A stretch of DNA of 64,000 nucleotides from an uncultured delta proteobacterium (GCA_963727625.1 CAVSHR010000006.1:32001-96000); one strand, 5' to 3'. Shown: positions 21,809 to 32,378, numbered from the stretch's first letter. A program made the numbers and translations. Notes: a model not told the origin generated them from the letters alone.

Positions 21809-22120
21809 ATATCACCGAGAACGGCTAGTTTCGCGGCCCTGCATCCTTAAAGGATGCGAAGCTTTCCAGCGATACGCGGGAGTTTCGTCAGGTCACGCGC
21901 AAGCGAGCGAGAGCGCGGCTACCGGCACCATCAATGGCGGGATACCGTGGGGCGCAGCGACCAAAACAAATTTTCCAGTACCCGAGCAATCAATAAAATC
22001 GCTTGTGAAATCTTGACCAGAAAACAGCGGCGGATTGTCCTACCAAACGCCCATCGATCGCCAGCCTCGCGGTGTCCGAGGCTATTACCAAGACCTATTG
22101 GCGCATAAGGAAATTCCTAT

Positions 22121-22149
22121 TTGACCGCAGTCGGTGGTTTCACTAGTAT
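22121..22149 (+). promoter_or_regulatory. Sigma-70-like promoter
   Basis: TTGACC-N17-TAGTAT, about 35 bp upstream of the ATG at 22184. Confidence 0.5.
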
Positions 22150-22183
22150 CCGCCATCGATAGAGGTCACCACCGGAGTTTTCC

Positions 22184-23047
22184 ATGTTTCAGAACCTTGC
22201 CGGACTCCTGGAGCGCCAATCCAAGCTCACTCTCGCCGCTCTTGCGTTTACGATTTCTGTTCTGCTCGGCGTTGTCGATGTCGTCACCGGACACGAAATC
22301 CATTTTTTGCTTCTCTATCTAATCCCTATTTTCATCGGAAGTTGGTTCATTTCCAAAGAAACGGGCATCTATCTCGCGCTGTTCGCGTCGCTGATTTGGC
22401 TTATCGCCGCCTCCCTGAGCGGCCGTTCCTATTCATCCACCTGGATTGTTTACTGGAATCTATTCATGCGCACGGCGGCATTTGTTTTTTTCGCCGTCAC
22501 GCAGGCGTTATTGCGCGCTAAGCTGGATGAACTGTCTAATTTGGCCAGCCGCGATTTTCTTACTGGCCTGCCGAATGGTCACGCTTTCTACCAATTGACG
22601 GCAAATGAAATGGATCGAGCATTCGGGGTGGAACCGATGACCCTGGTTAGTATTGACGTGACAGGATTCAAATGGGTCAACCACCGCTTTGGCTATCCCA
22701 TGGGCGACCAGATGATGTGCACCGTCGCTCATACGATAAGACAACACGTGCCGCGGCCTGACCTGGTCGGCCGGCTGGGTGGCACGTCATTCTCTGTCCT
22801 ATTGCCCAACATCGCCTCGGATGTCGCCAATCTCATTCTTCAACGGCTTCAAATCGCGCTGCATGAAGAGCGGCGCAAGTATTCTTACCCTTTGACCTTC
22901 TTTATCAGCGCAATCGCCTGTGCCAAGGCGCCGCGCACGGTCGCCGAGCTGATGCAGGAGGCCGATGCGCAGATGACCCGGATCAAGAACGGCAAAAGAG
23001 ACTCTCTGCAGATCGCCAGAGTCGACAATCTGCCGGCGTTGAACTAA
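22184..23047 (+). CDS. Membrane protein with degenerate GGDEF domain
   Basis: About four TM helices, then DFLTGLPN, FK.VN.RFGY..GD and RLGGTSF in place of GGDEF. Confidence 0.88.
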   Translation: MFQNLAGLLERQSKLTLAALAFTISVLLGVVDVVTGHEIHFLLLYLIPIFIGSWFISKETGIYLALFASLIWLIAASLSGRSYSSTWIVYWNLFMRTAAFVFFAVTQALLRAKLDELSNLASRDFLTGLPNGHAFYQLTANEMDRAFGVEPMTLVSIDVTGFKWVNHRFGYPMGDQMMCTVAHTIRQHVPRPDLVGRLGGTSFSVLLPNIASDVANLILQRLQIALHEERRKYSYPLTFFISAIACAKAPRTVAELMQEADAQMTRIKNGKRDSLQIARVDNLPALN

Positions 23048-23279
23048 TCGCCTTGGACTCTGAGCCTGGACTCCTACCAGCAGTAAAACCCGCCTTTGCA
23101 ATCACCACGCCGCGCTTAGCCGCGCAATCCCTCCAGTTGCCATCATAATTTATTTATAAGAATGGGGCGCCCCGCGCTCCGTTCGCCGAAGGCGCTTCTC
23201 GTTTCGTTTTCTTCATCGCCCATGGGATAATCCGAAGATTCACAGGTCATAAAATCGCCGATTGAGTAAAGTCTTTTCC

Positions 23280-24049
23280 ATGCAGCTCAAATTTTTAACC
23301 GAATCGCCTTTATGGCGATCCATGCGCCATCGCAATTATCGGCTCTATCTTACCGGACAGCTGGCCTCCGTATGCGGCACATGGATGCGGCAGGTGGCGC
23401 AAAGCTGGCTGGACTATCGCCTCACTGGATCGGCGACGTTACTCGGCGTCGTCGCCAAGCTCGGCGAGGGCGCCTGTTTTGTGATCAATGGGGTCAGTTA
23501 TTCGGCGGCCATTTGATGATGGGCGCAGTCGGCTTGGGCGCGCTCATCGGTGCGCTTTCTCTGGCTTGGCGCAAGTCCCTGATCGGCCTCGGCCGGGTTT
23601 TCGTGATTGCTACGTTGGGGTTCGGCGTTGCCCTGGTCGTCTTCACCATTGCAGAGATATTCCGGCTGTCGCTGCTGCTCGCGGCGGTCGGCACGGGCTG
23701 GATGGTATTGATCGCCGGCTGTAATACCGCGCTGCAAACCCTCGCCGACGACACCATGCGCGGCCGGGTGATGAGTCTCTTTTCTATGATGCTCGTTGGC
23801 ATGGCGCCATTTGGCAGTCTGCTGGCAGGCTGGTTTGCGGATCGTATCGGCGCGCCTTTGGTGGTTACCGTGGGTGGCGTGGTTTGCGCGCTGGCTGGTC
23901 TGCTATTTGCCACGCAACTGCCGCCGTTGCGCGCAGCCGCCCGACATGCTCCAAGCCGAGAATGTCGCGGTAGAATTATTCCCCTTCTGCCAGATCGTTT
24001 ACCAGTATCGACCAATGAACTACCGCATCCAGTCACAATTTTTCCATAG
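23280..24049 (+). pseudogene. MFS transporter remnant with internal deletions
   Basis: N-terminal HRNYRLY..GQ..S..GTWM.QVAQSWL, a jump to GEGACFVINGVSY, then a frame change to MRGRVMSLF. Only about 250 codons versus about 400 expected. Confidence 0.8.
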
Positions 24050-24265
24050 TGCCACTCCATTGGAGCTTCACTTACTCTATTCGCCGGGGCTGTCCACAGC
24101 TGCAAAAGGACGAACGAGAAACGATAAGGGATGATTCGGAATACTCTCAACGCAATTCCTGGATCCCTTAGCCTTCATCCTTTTTCCTTTATACTTTTCT
24201 TCTGCTCGTTGACTTTGCGGCCCCGTTCCACCTAGATTCTAGCTGCCCGGACGACGGAGGGGAAA

Positions 24266-25234
24266 ATGGCCAATCAGACAATCACCATCGGCTGCCGCGA
24301 CTACGATCACACCCGGGCCCTCGCCGACGGCCGTGTCAAAGCCGCGGGCCTCGAAGTTAAGTTTGTCAACATCTCGCCGCCGTCGCAGATCTTCCTGCGC
24401 ATGCTTCACGACGAGGAATTCGACGCTTCGGAAATGTCGCTGTCGAATTACATGATCGCCCTGGGCAAAGGCGACCGCAGGTTCATCGCGATCCCGGTGT
24501 TTCCTTCCCGCGTCTTTCGCCATTCGTATATCTGGATCAATACCCGATCGGGCATCGAAAAACCCGAAGATCTCAAAGGCAAGAGAGTCGGCATCGCCGA
24601 CTATTCGATGACCGCGCTGCTCTTTGTGCGCGGCTTGTTGCAACACCAATACGGCGTCGCGCCGCAGGACATCCACTGGTTTCGCCGCCGTTCAGAGCAC
24701 GTCGCGATCGACATTCCGCCGGGCATTCAGATCGACAACATCGGCAAAGACGATACTCTCGACAACCTGATCGAAACCGGAAAGCTCGACGCCCTCGCGG
24801 TCACGTCGCCGCCGCGGGCTTTTTTGCAGGGATCGCCGCTGGTGCGTCGGCTGTTTCCCGATTGCCGTACCGTCGAAGCGGCGTATTATCGTGAGACCAA
24901 GATTTTTCCGATCATGCACATGGTAGTGATCCGGCGCGCCGTGTATGAACAAGATCCGACGATCGCCGTCCGGCTGTCGCAGGGTTTTGAAACCGCGAAG
25001 CAGCGCGCCTTCGAAGCTTACGAAGAAGGTTTATCGTCGTTGCCCTGGGTCAATCTAGATTTGGAATACGCCAGGCAGGTCTTGGGCCGCGACGTGTACC
25101 CCTACGGCGTTAAAAATAATTTGTCGACGCTGGAAGCGGCGGCGCTCTATTCCAACGAGCAAGGGCTTACCCGGAGACAATTTGCCGTCGAAGAATTGTT
25201 TGCGCCCGAAACCCTGGATCTTTTCGACGACTAG
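24266..25234 (+). CDS. 4,5-dihydroxyphthalate decarboxylase-like / PBP-fold protein
   Basis: YDHTRALADGRV, FDASEMSLS.Y, PVFPSRVFRHS, IFPIMH, YPYG; no signal peptide. Confidence 0.85.
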   Translation: MANQTITIGCRDYDHTRALADGRVKAAGLEVKFVNISPPSQIFLRMLHDEEFDASEMSLSNYMIALGKGDRRFIAIPVFPSRVFRHSYIWINTRSGIEKPEDLKGKRVGIADYSMTALLFVRGLLQHQYGVAPQDIHWFRRRSEHVAIDIPPGIQIDNIGKDDTLDNLIETGKLDALAVTSPPRAFLQGSPLVRRLFPDCRTVEAAYYRETKIFPIMHMVVIRRAVYEQDPTIAVRLSQGFETAKQRAFEAYEEGLSSLPWVNLDLEYARQVLGRDVYPYGVKNNLSTLEAAALYSNEQGLTRRQFAVEELFAPETLDLFDD

Positions 25235-25245
25235 AAATTGGCGTC

Positions 25246-26262
25246 TTATTTCGCCTTTTTCCTTTGCTCGGCCAAGAACCCGCTGGATTCGAGATTACGG
25301 ACAAAACTCGGGTCGATAATCTGGTCGAGATCGACTTGATTAATTTTCGGATTGACCTTACCGACGATGCGCTGAACGATTTTGTAAGCGGCCGGATTAG
25401 GCGCCAGGTCGAGCGTCGTCATCAGTCGCAGCACCTTGTACGATGCTTGAGCGTCATCGCGCTTCGACAGTCGCAGATTTTTTTGCAGAATTTTGGTGAC
25501 TTCAGTTTTATGGCCGCTGTTGAGAATAAACGCGCTCGCCTCGGCGAGGCCCTTGGTCAAGCGCAGGAAAAACTCCGGCCGGCCGGCGATGGATTCTTTT
25601 AGCGCGCAAATGCTCGGCCCCTGGTAGGGCGCCTTGAGCTCGGCGGCATCGGCCAGTGAGTGAAACCCCGCTTTGAGCGGCGCCTCGCTCAGGCTGTAAG
25701 TCATCGCTGCCGCGTCGATGTTTCCCGCCATCAGCGCCTGAGCGATAACCTGACCGTCGCCGATGACGCGAATCTTGAGGCCGAACTTTTCCGCGTCGAT
25801 GCCGAGGTGATCGAGGATGATCATCGTTTGCAGCCAGAAACCGCCGCCGATGCTCTGCACTCCGACGCTCTTGCCGCGCAGTTCTTCGATGCCTTTAATG
25901 TCTTTGCGCACGACCAGCAGCCGGGGAATCTTATTGATTGCGCTGGCAATGCAGCCGAGCTTGACCCCGCCGGCAACGGTGCTGAGGATCGTAGATTGCG
26001 CGGGATGAACCGCATCGACTTCTTTCGCCACCAGCGTCGCCACGCTGAGCGCGCCATTGCGCACCTGAATCATCGAGGCGTCGATGCCGAATTTTTTAAA
26101 AATGCCGGTGTCGATGCCCACCCACATCGGCGCCGCGGTCTCATTGTAACCGCCATAGGAAACCCGCAACGGCTCCTGCGCATAAGTGCTGAAGCTTAAA
26201 CCCCAGGCGACAATCGCGAGAGCAATTCTCCATAAGACTTTACCGCTTCGAACACCGACCAT
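25246..26262 (-). CDS. ABC transporter substrate-binding protein (NitT/TauT/SsuA-like)
   Basis: GGAGG RBS before ATG 26262, signal peptide, G.FKK.G.D, ELRGKSVGV, ALMAGNIDAA. Confidence 0.88.
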   Translation of the reverse strand: MVGVRSGKVLWRIALAIVAWGLSFSTYAQEPLRVSYGGYNETAAPMWVGIDTGIFKKFGIDASMIQVRNGALSVATLVAKEVDAVHPAQSTILSTVAGGVKLGCIASAINKIPRLLVVRKDIKGIEELRGKSVGVQSIGGGFWLQTMIILDHLGIDAEKFGLKIRVIGDGQVIAQALMAGNIDAAAMTYSLSEAPLKAGFHSLADAAELKAPYQGPSICALKESIAGRPEFFLRLTKGLAEASAFILNSGHKTEVTKILQKNLRLSKRDDAQASYKVLRLMTTLDLAPNPAAYKIVQRIVGKVNPKINQVDLDQIIDPSFVRNLESSGFLAEQRKKAK

Positions 26263-26641
26263 GACCAAACCTCCTGGTGAGCCGTGTAGGCAATCGCAAT
26301 TTTTTAACTCATCGAACGCTCGCTTCACAAACCTTGCGCGACATTGTGTCCATTGGGCAGACGCAAGCTCTCCATCAAGCGGCCATAGCCCGGGTGGCAA
26401 TCCATCTTTCTTGACTGATTTGAACGTTGAAGCAATCACACCGCGCCCGATCGCGGCGTGCCGCTTTGTCGATTCGGCTGCGACCGTAACAAACTTTTGG
26501 CCGCTGTCAATGTTTGAGCGCATCGATTGGAGAAAGAGAAGCTGTCCAATGGTTCCAAAACTGATTGACGTCAAGGGAACCATGCCTCCGGGAATTGACG
26601 CCACCAGCAGTGCAGTGGTTTTTCAACCTGCTTAGATCGCT

Positions 26642-26684
26642 CAGCAAAAAGGCCCATGTTATTTTAACATGGGCCTTTTTGCTG
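26642..26684 (-). terminator. Rho-independent terminator after pal (symmetrical)
   Basis: CAGCAAAAAGGCCCATGTTA-ttt-TAACATGGGCCTTTTTGCTG, perfect 20-bp inverted repeat. Confidence 0.85.
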
Positions 26685-26709
26685 GATCGTTGTAGCTGGG
26701 ATTAAGTTT

Positions 26710-27279
26710 TTACGAAGTCGGCTTGCCTCCGGAAACGGCGAACCGCGCCCGTCGGTTCTTAAACCAGCAGGCTTCGTTATGTTCTTTACACACCGGAATC
26801 TCTTCGCCGTAGCTGACCGTGGACATGCGATTGGCGGCGATGCCCAGAGTGGCTAGATAGTCGAACGCTGCCTGGGCGCGCTTGGCGCCGAGTGCCATGT
26901 TGTATTCCGCCGTGCCCCGCTCGTCGCAATGACCTTCGATCTGCACGCGAGCAGCGGGATTGCTCTTCAGCCACTCGGCATTTACTTTCAGTGTGGACCG
27001 CGCGCTGTCGGACAACGAAGCGCTGTCAAAACTAAAATGGACATCCTTAAGCGGGCCTTCAGCAGCTCTCTCACCGCGGCGCAACGCTTCTAGGCTGGAA
27101 GTCGTATCGGGTTTCGACGCCGCCGGCTTTGGCGCTGCGGCCATAGCGCCGGATGATGCATTAGGATTTTCCGCCGTCCATTTTGGCGGCGGGGGATTAG
27201 CGGGGTTACCGCAAGAAATTAAAAACACCGCGGTCAATAAACTCAAACCAAAACTCAATACCGCTTTTCGCGCCCTCAT
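26710..27279 (-). CDS. pal: Peptidoglycan-associated lipoprotein (OmpA_C)
   Basis: Lipobox LISC, VHFSFDS, IEGHCDERGTAEYNMALGAKRA, SYGEE, NRRA. Confidence 0.92.
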   Translation of the reverse strand: MRARKAVLSFGLSLLTAVFLISCGNPANPPPPKWTAENPNASSGAMAAAPKPAASKPDTTSSLEALRRGERAAEGPLKDVHFSFDSASLSDSARSTLKVNAEWLKSNPAARVQIEGHCDERGTAEYNMALGAKRAQAAFDYLATLGIAANRMSTVSYGEEIPVCKEHNEACWFKNRRARFAVSGGKPTS

Positions 27280-27451
27280 CGATCTAGCCCACCTTTCCCG
27301 TCCGTATTGGACTGATTTGAATGACCAATTGTGAAGCATTGCAAAGGGCCTGTCAACTCTAGAACTCGGTCAAAACAAGATTATATTTTTTGACAAAAAT
27401 TGATATCACAACAGACCAAAACGCCTTAAAGCTCCCGTAAGCTATAAAAAA

Positions 27452-28615
27452 TCAGTCCGACATAAGACGAATTCCATAGAGTTTTTCTTCTGAGCCTTTA
27501 AGCCGCTGCCAGTTTTCTCCACCGTCGTTTGTTGAATAGACCGAGCCATCCGTGTAGCCGACGCAAAGAGTCTGGTGATCGTTCGGGTGCACGGCAAACC
27601 CGCAAGTCATATGCTCATGTCCCATGGGCAGACCGCCGTCAAGCCGACTCCAACTCTTGCCGGCGTCGTCGCTCCTCAGGATTTGGGACTTAGCGCCGCC
27701 GGTCTGTGCCGCCAAGTTTCGGCTGAATTTAATGGTGTTGTAAGGTCCGGCGCGCACGGTGCGGTAACCTGGCCAGGTCACCGGTCCATTTTCCGCAGCG
27801 CCTAGGAACAGCCGATCGGGAGCGGCAGGATGGTTTGCCATGGGTATCGCGTAAGCGCGGCCCATGCCGTATTCGCACTTGAGCCAGCTTTTGCCGCCGT
27901 CGTTTGTTTGGTAGGTGCCGATTCCCGTGCTGGCGTACAATGTCTCCAAGCTCGTCGGATGGCGCGTTACCCAGTGCACGTCGCGATAGACGCGACCCTC
28001 CTCGTGCTTGCCCATCTCATAGGGCACGATACCGGCTGGATCGTTGATCTTCGGAAAAGCGGTCACGCTCGGCGGTCCGCTGATGTCTTCCCAGGCGGCG
28101 CCGCGGTCGCGGCTGCGCGCCACTCCGCCTTCTTCGATGCCGACGATGATTTCATCGGGCACCCGCGCATCGAGCACGATGCATCGCGCGTGCGCCACAT
28201 GCGGGCCGGGTGGAAACGTCCACCTGTTATAATCGGGCAGGTTGCGGAACGCCGATAGCTCGCGGAACGAGCGGCCGCCGTTTTCGCTGACATACACGGC
28301 TGCCGGAAGCGTGCCGACGTAGATCTCGTTGGCCCGCGTCGGATGCACCGCCATGGTCCAGATATCGCGATGGTCGATGCCGCCGGAAGGAAGCCATTGC
28401 CAGTTCGCGCCGTCGTCTTCGCTGACGTGAATTTCAGTCAGCGTCGCCGCGTACAAGCGCTTGGGATTGAACGGATCGTGCGCCACTTCGCGCACCGTCT
28501 CGCCTTCCAGCGCCCGGTTGAGTTCCTCGACTTTCTCTGACTTCCCGTCCCACCGACAGCGCACCAGCCCGTCGGCCTTGAGCAAGAACAGATTCAACAG
28601 ACCATTCCTCACCAT
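27452..28615 (-). CDS. BNR/Asp-box repeat beta-propeller protein
   Basis: Repeated S.D.G..W boxes (SEDDGANW, SRDRGAAW, TNDGGKSW, SDDAGKSW, TNDGGENW). Confidence 0.85.
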   Translation of the reverse strand: MVRNGLLNLFLLKADGLVRCRWDGKSEKVEELNRALEGETVREVAHDPFNPKRLYAATLTEIHVSEDDGANWQWLPSGGIDHRDIWTMAVHPTRANEIYVGTLPAAVYVSENGGRSFRELSAFRNLPDYNRWTFPPGPHVAHARCIVLDARVPDEIIVGIEEGGVARSRDRGAAWEDISGPPSVTAFPKINDPAGIVPYEMGKHEEGRVYRDVHWVTRHPTSLETLYASTGIGTYQTNDGGKSWLKCEYGMGRAYAIPMANHPAAPDRLFLGAAENGPVTWPGYRTVRAGPYNTIKFSRNLAAQTGGAKSQILRSDDAGKSWSRLDGGLPMGHEHMTCGFAVHPNDHQTLCVGYTDGSVYSTNDGGENWQRLKGSEEKLYGIRLMSD

Positions 28616-28772
28616 AAGAATTGTCTCCTACAATCGACTGTGTGCCGCGGTCATCTTCTTTTTACCGGTTCTTACCGGCAAAAATAAGGCAAGTGACAAA
28701 CCATCGTCAAGCCGGCAAATTTTATTACACAGGCTGGATATTGTACCGCGTCCTGGATTAGATTGTCGGCTC

Positions 28773-29654
28773 ATGATGCGACCGGTTCAACCACCCAATT
28801 CGGCGACCCGTAAACCGCGGCTCATCGCTCCGCCCGGCACCTGCGATACCCATCTCCACGTCTACGGCGCGCGCGAATCATATCCTCTTGCGTCCGAGCG
28901 AAACTATACGCCCGATCCGCACTCGACCCTGGACGATTATCTGAAAGTCCACCGCACGCTTGGTTTAGAGCGTGCGGTCATCGTCACCGGCAGCGCCAAT
29001 GGCACCAACAATCAGGCAACGTTGGACGCACTCAAGCGGATCGGCGGCAAATTTAAAGGCCTCGCGTTGCTTGATCCCGCAGTCACGGATGCCGAACTTC
29101 AACGATTCAAAGACGGCGGCATCACCGGCTTTCGCGTCAAAGCCAACGGGAAAGGCGGTTTGTCATATGAAGACAGCAAGAAGATATTGGCGCGCGTGGT
29201 GGATTTCGGCTGGCATGTGGAGTTCATGTCGCAATCGATGGCCGAAGTGATCGGCGCCGTACCTTTCTTGAATAGCCTAACAATCCCCTATGTCTTCGAT
29301 CACGTCGCCCATGCCGAACTCCATAATGGTGAAGATGATCGTGAATTTCGCGAGCTGCTTGCCATCCTCAAAAACGAAGAGCATGCCTGGATCAATCTCT
29401 ATAGCTTCTATCAGCTGTCAAGATCCGGGCCGCCGAACTACAGCGACATGGTCGATGTGGTACAGCAAATCATTGATACAAGACCCGATCGAGTGATTTG
29501 GGGCAGCAACTGGCCCCACGCCGGGATTGCCGTGCCCATGCCCAACGACGGCGACCTGCTCGATTTTCTGTTGGCGGCCGCGCCGGAGGAACGAACGCGC
29601 AAATTAATCCTGGCGGACAACCCGGCGAGAATCTACGGCTGGCCGAAAATCTAA
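28773..29654 (+). CDS. Amidohydrolase (LigI 2-pyrone-4,6-dicarboxylate lactonase-like)
   Basis: CDTHLHVYG, LGLERAVIV, VFDH, VIWGSNWPH, ADNPARIYG. Confidence 0.88.
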   Translation: MMRPVQPPNSATRKPRLIAPPGTCDTHLHVYGARESYPLASERNYTPDPHSTLDDYLKVHRTLGLERAVIVTGSANGTNNQATLDALKRIGGKFKGLALLDPAVTDAELQRFKDGGITGFRVKANGKGGLSYEDSKKILARVVDFGWHVEFMSQSMAEVIGAVPFLNSLTIPYVFDHVAHAELHNGEDDREFRELLAILKNEEHAWINLYSFYQLSRSGPPNYSDMVDVVQQIIDTRPDRVIWGSNWPHAGIAVPMPNDGDLLDFLLAAAPEERTRKLILADNPARIYGWPKI

Positions 29655-29688
29655 CCTTGAAAAAAGTCGAGGGCATTGTTCTGACAAC

Positions 29689-29731
29689 TTGAACGATTTG
29701 AACGTCTTGAACTGGCCCGCAACAAGTTCAA
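29689..29731. repeat. TTGAAC short repeat (9-bp period) with an inverted copy
   Basis: ttgaac-gat-ttgaac-gtc-ttgaac ... gttcaa. Confidence 0.55.
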
Positions 29732-29775
29732 TAGCACCGAGCTAATCAGTGAAAAAACATTAGGAGGAAAATACT

Positions 29776-30501
29776 ATGTACGGTTGGCGTGCTCGCATCG
29801 GTCACGTCGCCCCGTCGCGCGGCGACACTTTAGTTTACGAATTCTATCGAATGTTTCCCGAAGGCTTCATGATGCTGAACACGACCGGCACCGTGCGCCA
29901 GCTGGTCGATGGCGACTTCGAAAAGCAACTGAGTCGCATCGAGGAAGCGGTCCAAGACTTGGTCGAGAATAACTGCGACTCGATCATCTTCAGCGGCTCG
30001 CCCCTTTTCACCCGATTGCCTTTCGGCAGTGACCGGGAGCTCGGCAAAAAGTTAAGCGACCAATTCGGTGTCCCGGTGGCCGCAGGATTGACCGCCGAGG
30101 TCGAAGCCTTGAAGGTGATGCATTGCAAGAAATTGGTTGTCGGCACGCCTTATGAAGATGAGATCAACCAGCGGCTCAAGCGCCACCTCGAAGCATCCGG
30201 TTTCGAGGTTTTGCAAATCGCCGGTTACGGAGTGCGCAAGAACGCTCAGCTCACCGACCTGCCGGTGCATGCTGCCTACAAGATCGCCAAGCGTCTTTAT
30301 GCCAAGGCCCGCAACGCGGACGGAATTTTCGTTCCCTGTCCCCGTTGGCCGACCATTACCGACGTGCAACTGCTGGAGGACGAAATCGGCAAACCGATGG
30401 TGACCAGCAGTTTGGCCTGCATTTGGTACGCCATGAAGCTCATCGATATCAAAGAGAATATCGTCGGTTTCGGTCGTTTGATGGCAAGTTTGGGAAAGTG
30501 A
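29776..30501 (+). CDS. Maleate isomerase / arylmalonate decarboxylase family (Asp/Glu racemase fold)
   Basis: GWRARIG, TPY..EIN, ADGIFVPC, LEDEIGKPMVTS. AGGAGG RBS. Confidence 0.88.
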   Translation: MYGWRARIGHVAPSRGDTLVYEFYRMFPEGFMMLNTTGTVRQLVDGDFEKQLSRIEEAVQDLVENNCDSIIFSGSPLFTRLPFGSDRELGKKLSDQFGVPVAAGLTAEVEALKVMHCKKLVVGTPYEDEINQRLKRHLEASGFEVLQIAGYGVRKNAQLTDLPVHAAYKIAKRLYAKARNADGIFVPCPRWPTITDVQLLEDEIGKPMVTSSLACIWYAMKLIDIKENIVGFGRLMASLGK

Positions 30502-30597
30502 AGTCAAACCCTTATTTTTTTTACTTGCGTTACCATTTTGTAGCAGGCGATAATTTCATTCGTCTAAGCCAGATAACAGATTCAAAAGGAGGCATCT

Positions 30598-31071
30598 ATG
30601 GATTGGGTTAAAGCAGCGCTATTGACGGGACTTTTAAATTTACTGTTGATGAATTTGGCGCCGCCGATATGGGCGGCGGACTATGGCCGACGCAATTCTT
30701 GTCGTCGCGCCGATCGCCTGCAGATTCAAGACCTCGATATGACGCCTGACCCGGTGGTTGAGGGCCAGCGCGTGCGTGAGTGGAAAGTGCGCATCCGTTT
30801 CGACGGCCGGCGTAATTGCGAAACCGACATTGTCGTTCACGAAGGCGGCAACAACGTCGGCTCCCTGCGCAACTACAACCTGCGGCCCGGCATCAATGAA
30901 GTTACGATTCCCGTGTCCGAGCGCTTTAGCATGCGCGGGCGCGAACATTGTTTCACCGTCCAGGTCGATCTCGACGGCACACGCCAGAGAGTCGACGCCG
31001 ACCGCCGCTTTTGTGCCGCGCAAAGAACCATGTGGTCGATGCGCGAGCGCGGAGATCCCCGGCGGAGGTAA
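30598..31071 (+). CDS. Hypothetical secreted beta-rich protein
   Basis: GGAGG RBS, signal peptide, four Cys, alternating beta-strand pattern. Confidence 0.75.
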   Translation: MDWVKAALLTGLLNLLLMNLAPPIWAADYGRRNSCRRADRLQIQDLDMTPDPVVEGQRVREWKVRIRFDGRRNCETDIVVHEGGNNVGSLRNYNLRPGINEVTIPVSERFSMRGREHCFTVQVDLDGTRQRVDADRRFCAAQRTMWSMRERGDPRRR

Positions 31072-31152
31072 GAGATTCCTTAACTGTTGTCTTTCTGCGA
31101 CAGGCTGCGGGCAATCTGCCTGGACCGACTCGGCAAAGCGGATTCCCGCAGT

Positions 31153-32304
31153 CTAATCGCCCCAGACTTTCCTCGCCGTTTCGAGCATCACGTCTAACTT
31201 CCGGAACTGATCTTCGTCGCTCAACAAATTACCGCGCAGGCTGGATGCGAATCCGCATTGCGGGCTGAGCGCCAGCTGCTCCAGCGGCAGATAGCGCGCG
31301 GCGTCGTCGATCCGGCGCCGCAATTCATCGACGTTCTCGACCCGGCTCACTTTGGAGCTGATCAAGCCGAGGACGGCGATCTTGCCCTTCGGGACAAAAC
31401 GTAACGGTTCGAAGCCGCCGGCTCGCTCGGTATCGTACTCCAGCAAAAGCCGCTGATGGTTGAGCCCGTTGAATAATTTTTCCGCGATGGCGTCATAGTG
31501 CCCTTCGCGGTGCCACATGCTTTGACGGTTGCCGCGGCAGATGTGAATGCCGAACGTTACATCAGGACAATCAGCAATGACTTCGTTGTCAGCTCGGATG
31601 GATCGCTCCATGATCGCCAAGGGCTCTTCGCCGCGCGCGTGCATCGCCGCCAGTGAATCCGGGTCGACGTAGGCGGTATAGCCCGGGCCGTCAATGCCGA
31701 CGTAGCGACAGCCCGCTTGCGTCAATTGTCCGACCATCTGTCGCTCGATGGCAACCACGTCGCGCAAAAACTCGTCGGTGCTCGGATACACCGACCTCGA
31801 CGCCGCGCTGTCGTAGCATTGTTGGATTCGATCCGGTCCGATCAAAGTCACTTTAACCGGACGCTCGGTCAGGCTTTGGGTAAAGCGATAATCGTCGAGC
31901 AAAGAGTTTCGTAGTAATTGCAGTCGTTGCGTGACGCGCTTGCGGTTGAGCAGGATCGGATCCTGGCCTTTATGGGCGGTCGATTCATCGCTGTCGGCGC
32001 GCTTGAGAATTTCGTGGTAAGACTTAACCCCCGCCTGCCACTCCTCGACGCCGGCGACTACCGCGAAGCTTTCCATAAAACTGGTCCGGCGAAACTCGCC
32101 GTCGACGATGATTGGCAAATGATGCGCCACTTGCTTGGCGACGACAGCGCGGATCGCATCGTCCTGGACTTTCTTGACCTCGGTTTCGCTTATCTTTCCC
32201 TCGCCGCACCTGGCAAATGCATCTTTCACCGATTGCGGCCGGAGCAAGCTGCCGACCAAATCGACACGCAGAGTGTGGAGATCGACGGCTGACGCAAGAC
32301 TCAT
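31153..32304 (-). CDS. Cobalamin-independent methionine synthase II family protein (single barrel)
   Basis: VGSLLRP, DGEFRR, HICRGN, LEYD, LSPQCGF zinc-site motifs. Confidence 0.92.
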   Translation of the reverse strand: MSLASAVDLHTLRVDLVGSLLRPQSVKDAFARCGEGKISETEVKKVQDDAIRAVVAKQVAHHLPIIVDGEFRRTSFMESFAVVAGVEEWQAGVKSYHEILKRADSDESTAHKGQDPILLNRKRVTQRLQLLRNSLLDDYRFTQSLTERPVKVTLIGPDRIQQCYDSAASRSVYPSTDEFLRDVVAIERQMVGQLTQAGCRYVGIDGPGYTAYVDPDSLAAMHARGEEPLAIMERSIRADNEVIADCPDVTFGIHICRGNRQSMWHREGHYDAIAEKLFNGLNHQRLLLEYDTERAGGFEPLRFVPKGKIAVLGLISSKVSRVENVDELRRRIDDAARYLPLEQLALSPQCGFASSLRGNLLSDEDQFRKLDVMLETARKVWGD

Positions 32305-32378
32305 CAGTTCATTCCTTTCGCAAACAAGGTTCGCTAGGCTCGGTTCGCCGTCGAGGCTCCGGTTGATAGCCTTGAGGA

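Noticed and set aside
26263-26604. N-terminal extension of the SBP in the ORF track
   Set aside because: The RBS and signal peptide point to ATG 26262. Similar over-extensions were trimmed for the ORFs listed at 19595, 28461, 42289, 43537, 48619-50121 and 62536-63477.
29689-29731. Possible CRISPR or iteron array
   Set aside because: Only three 6-bp units with 3-bp spacers, and no cas or rep genes. No CRISPR array was seen in the window.
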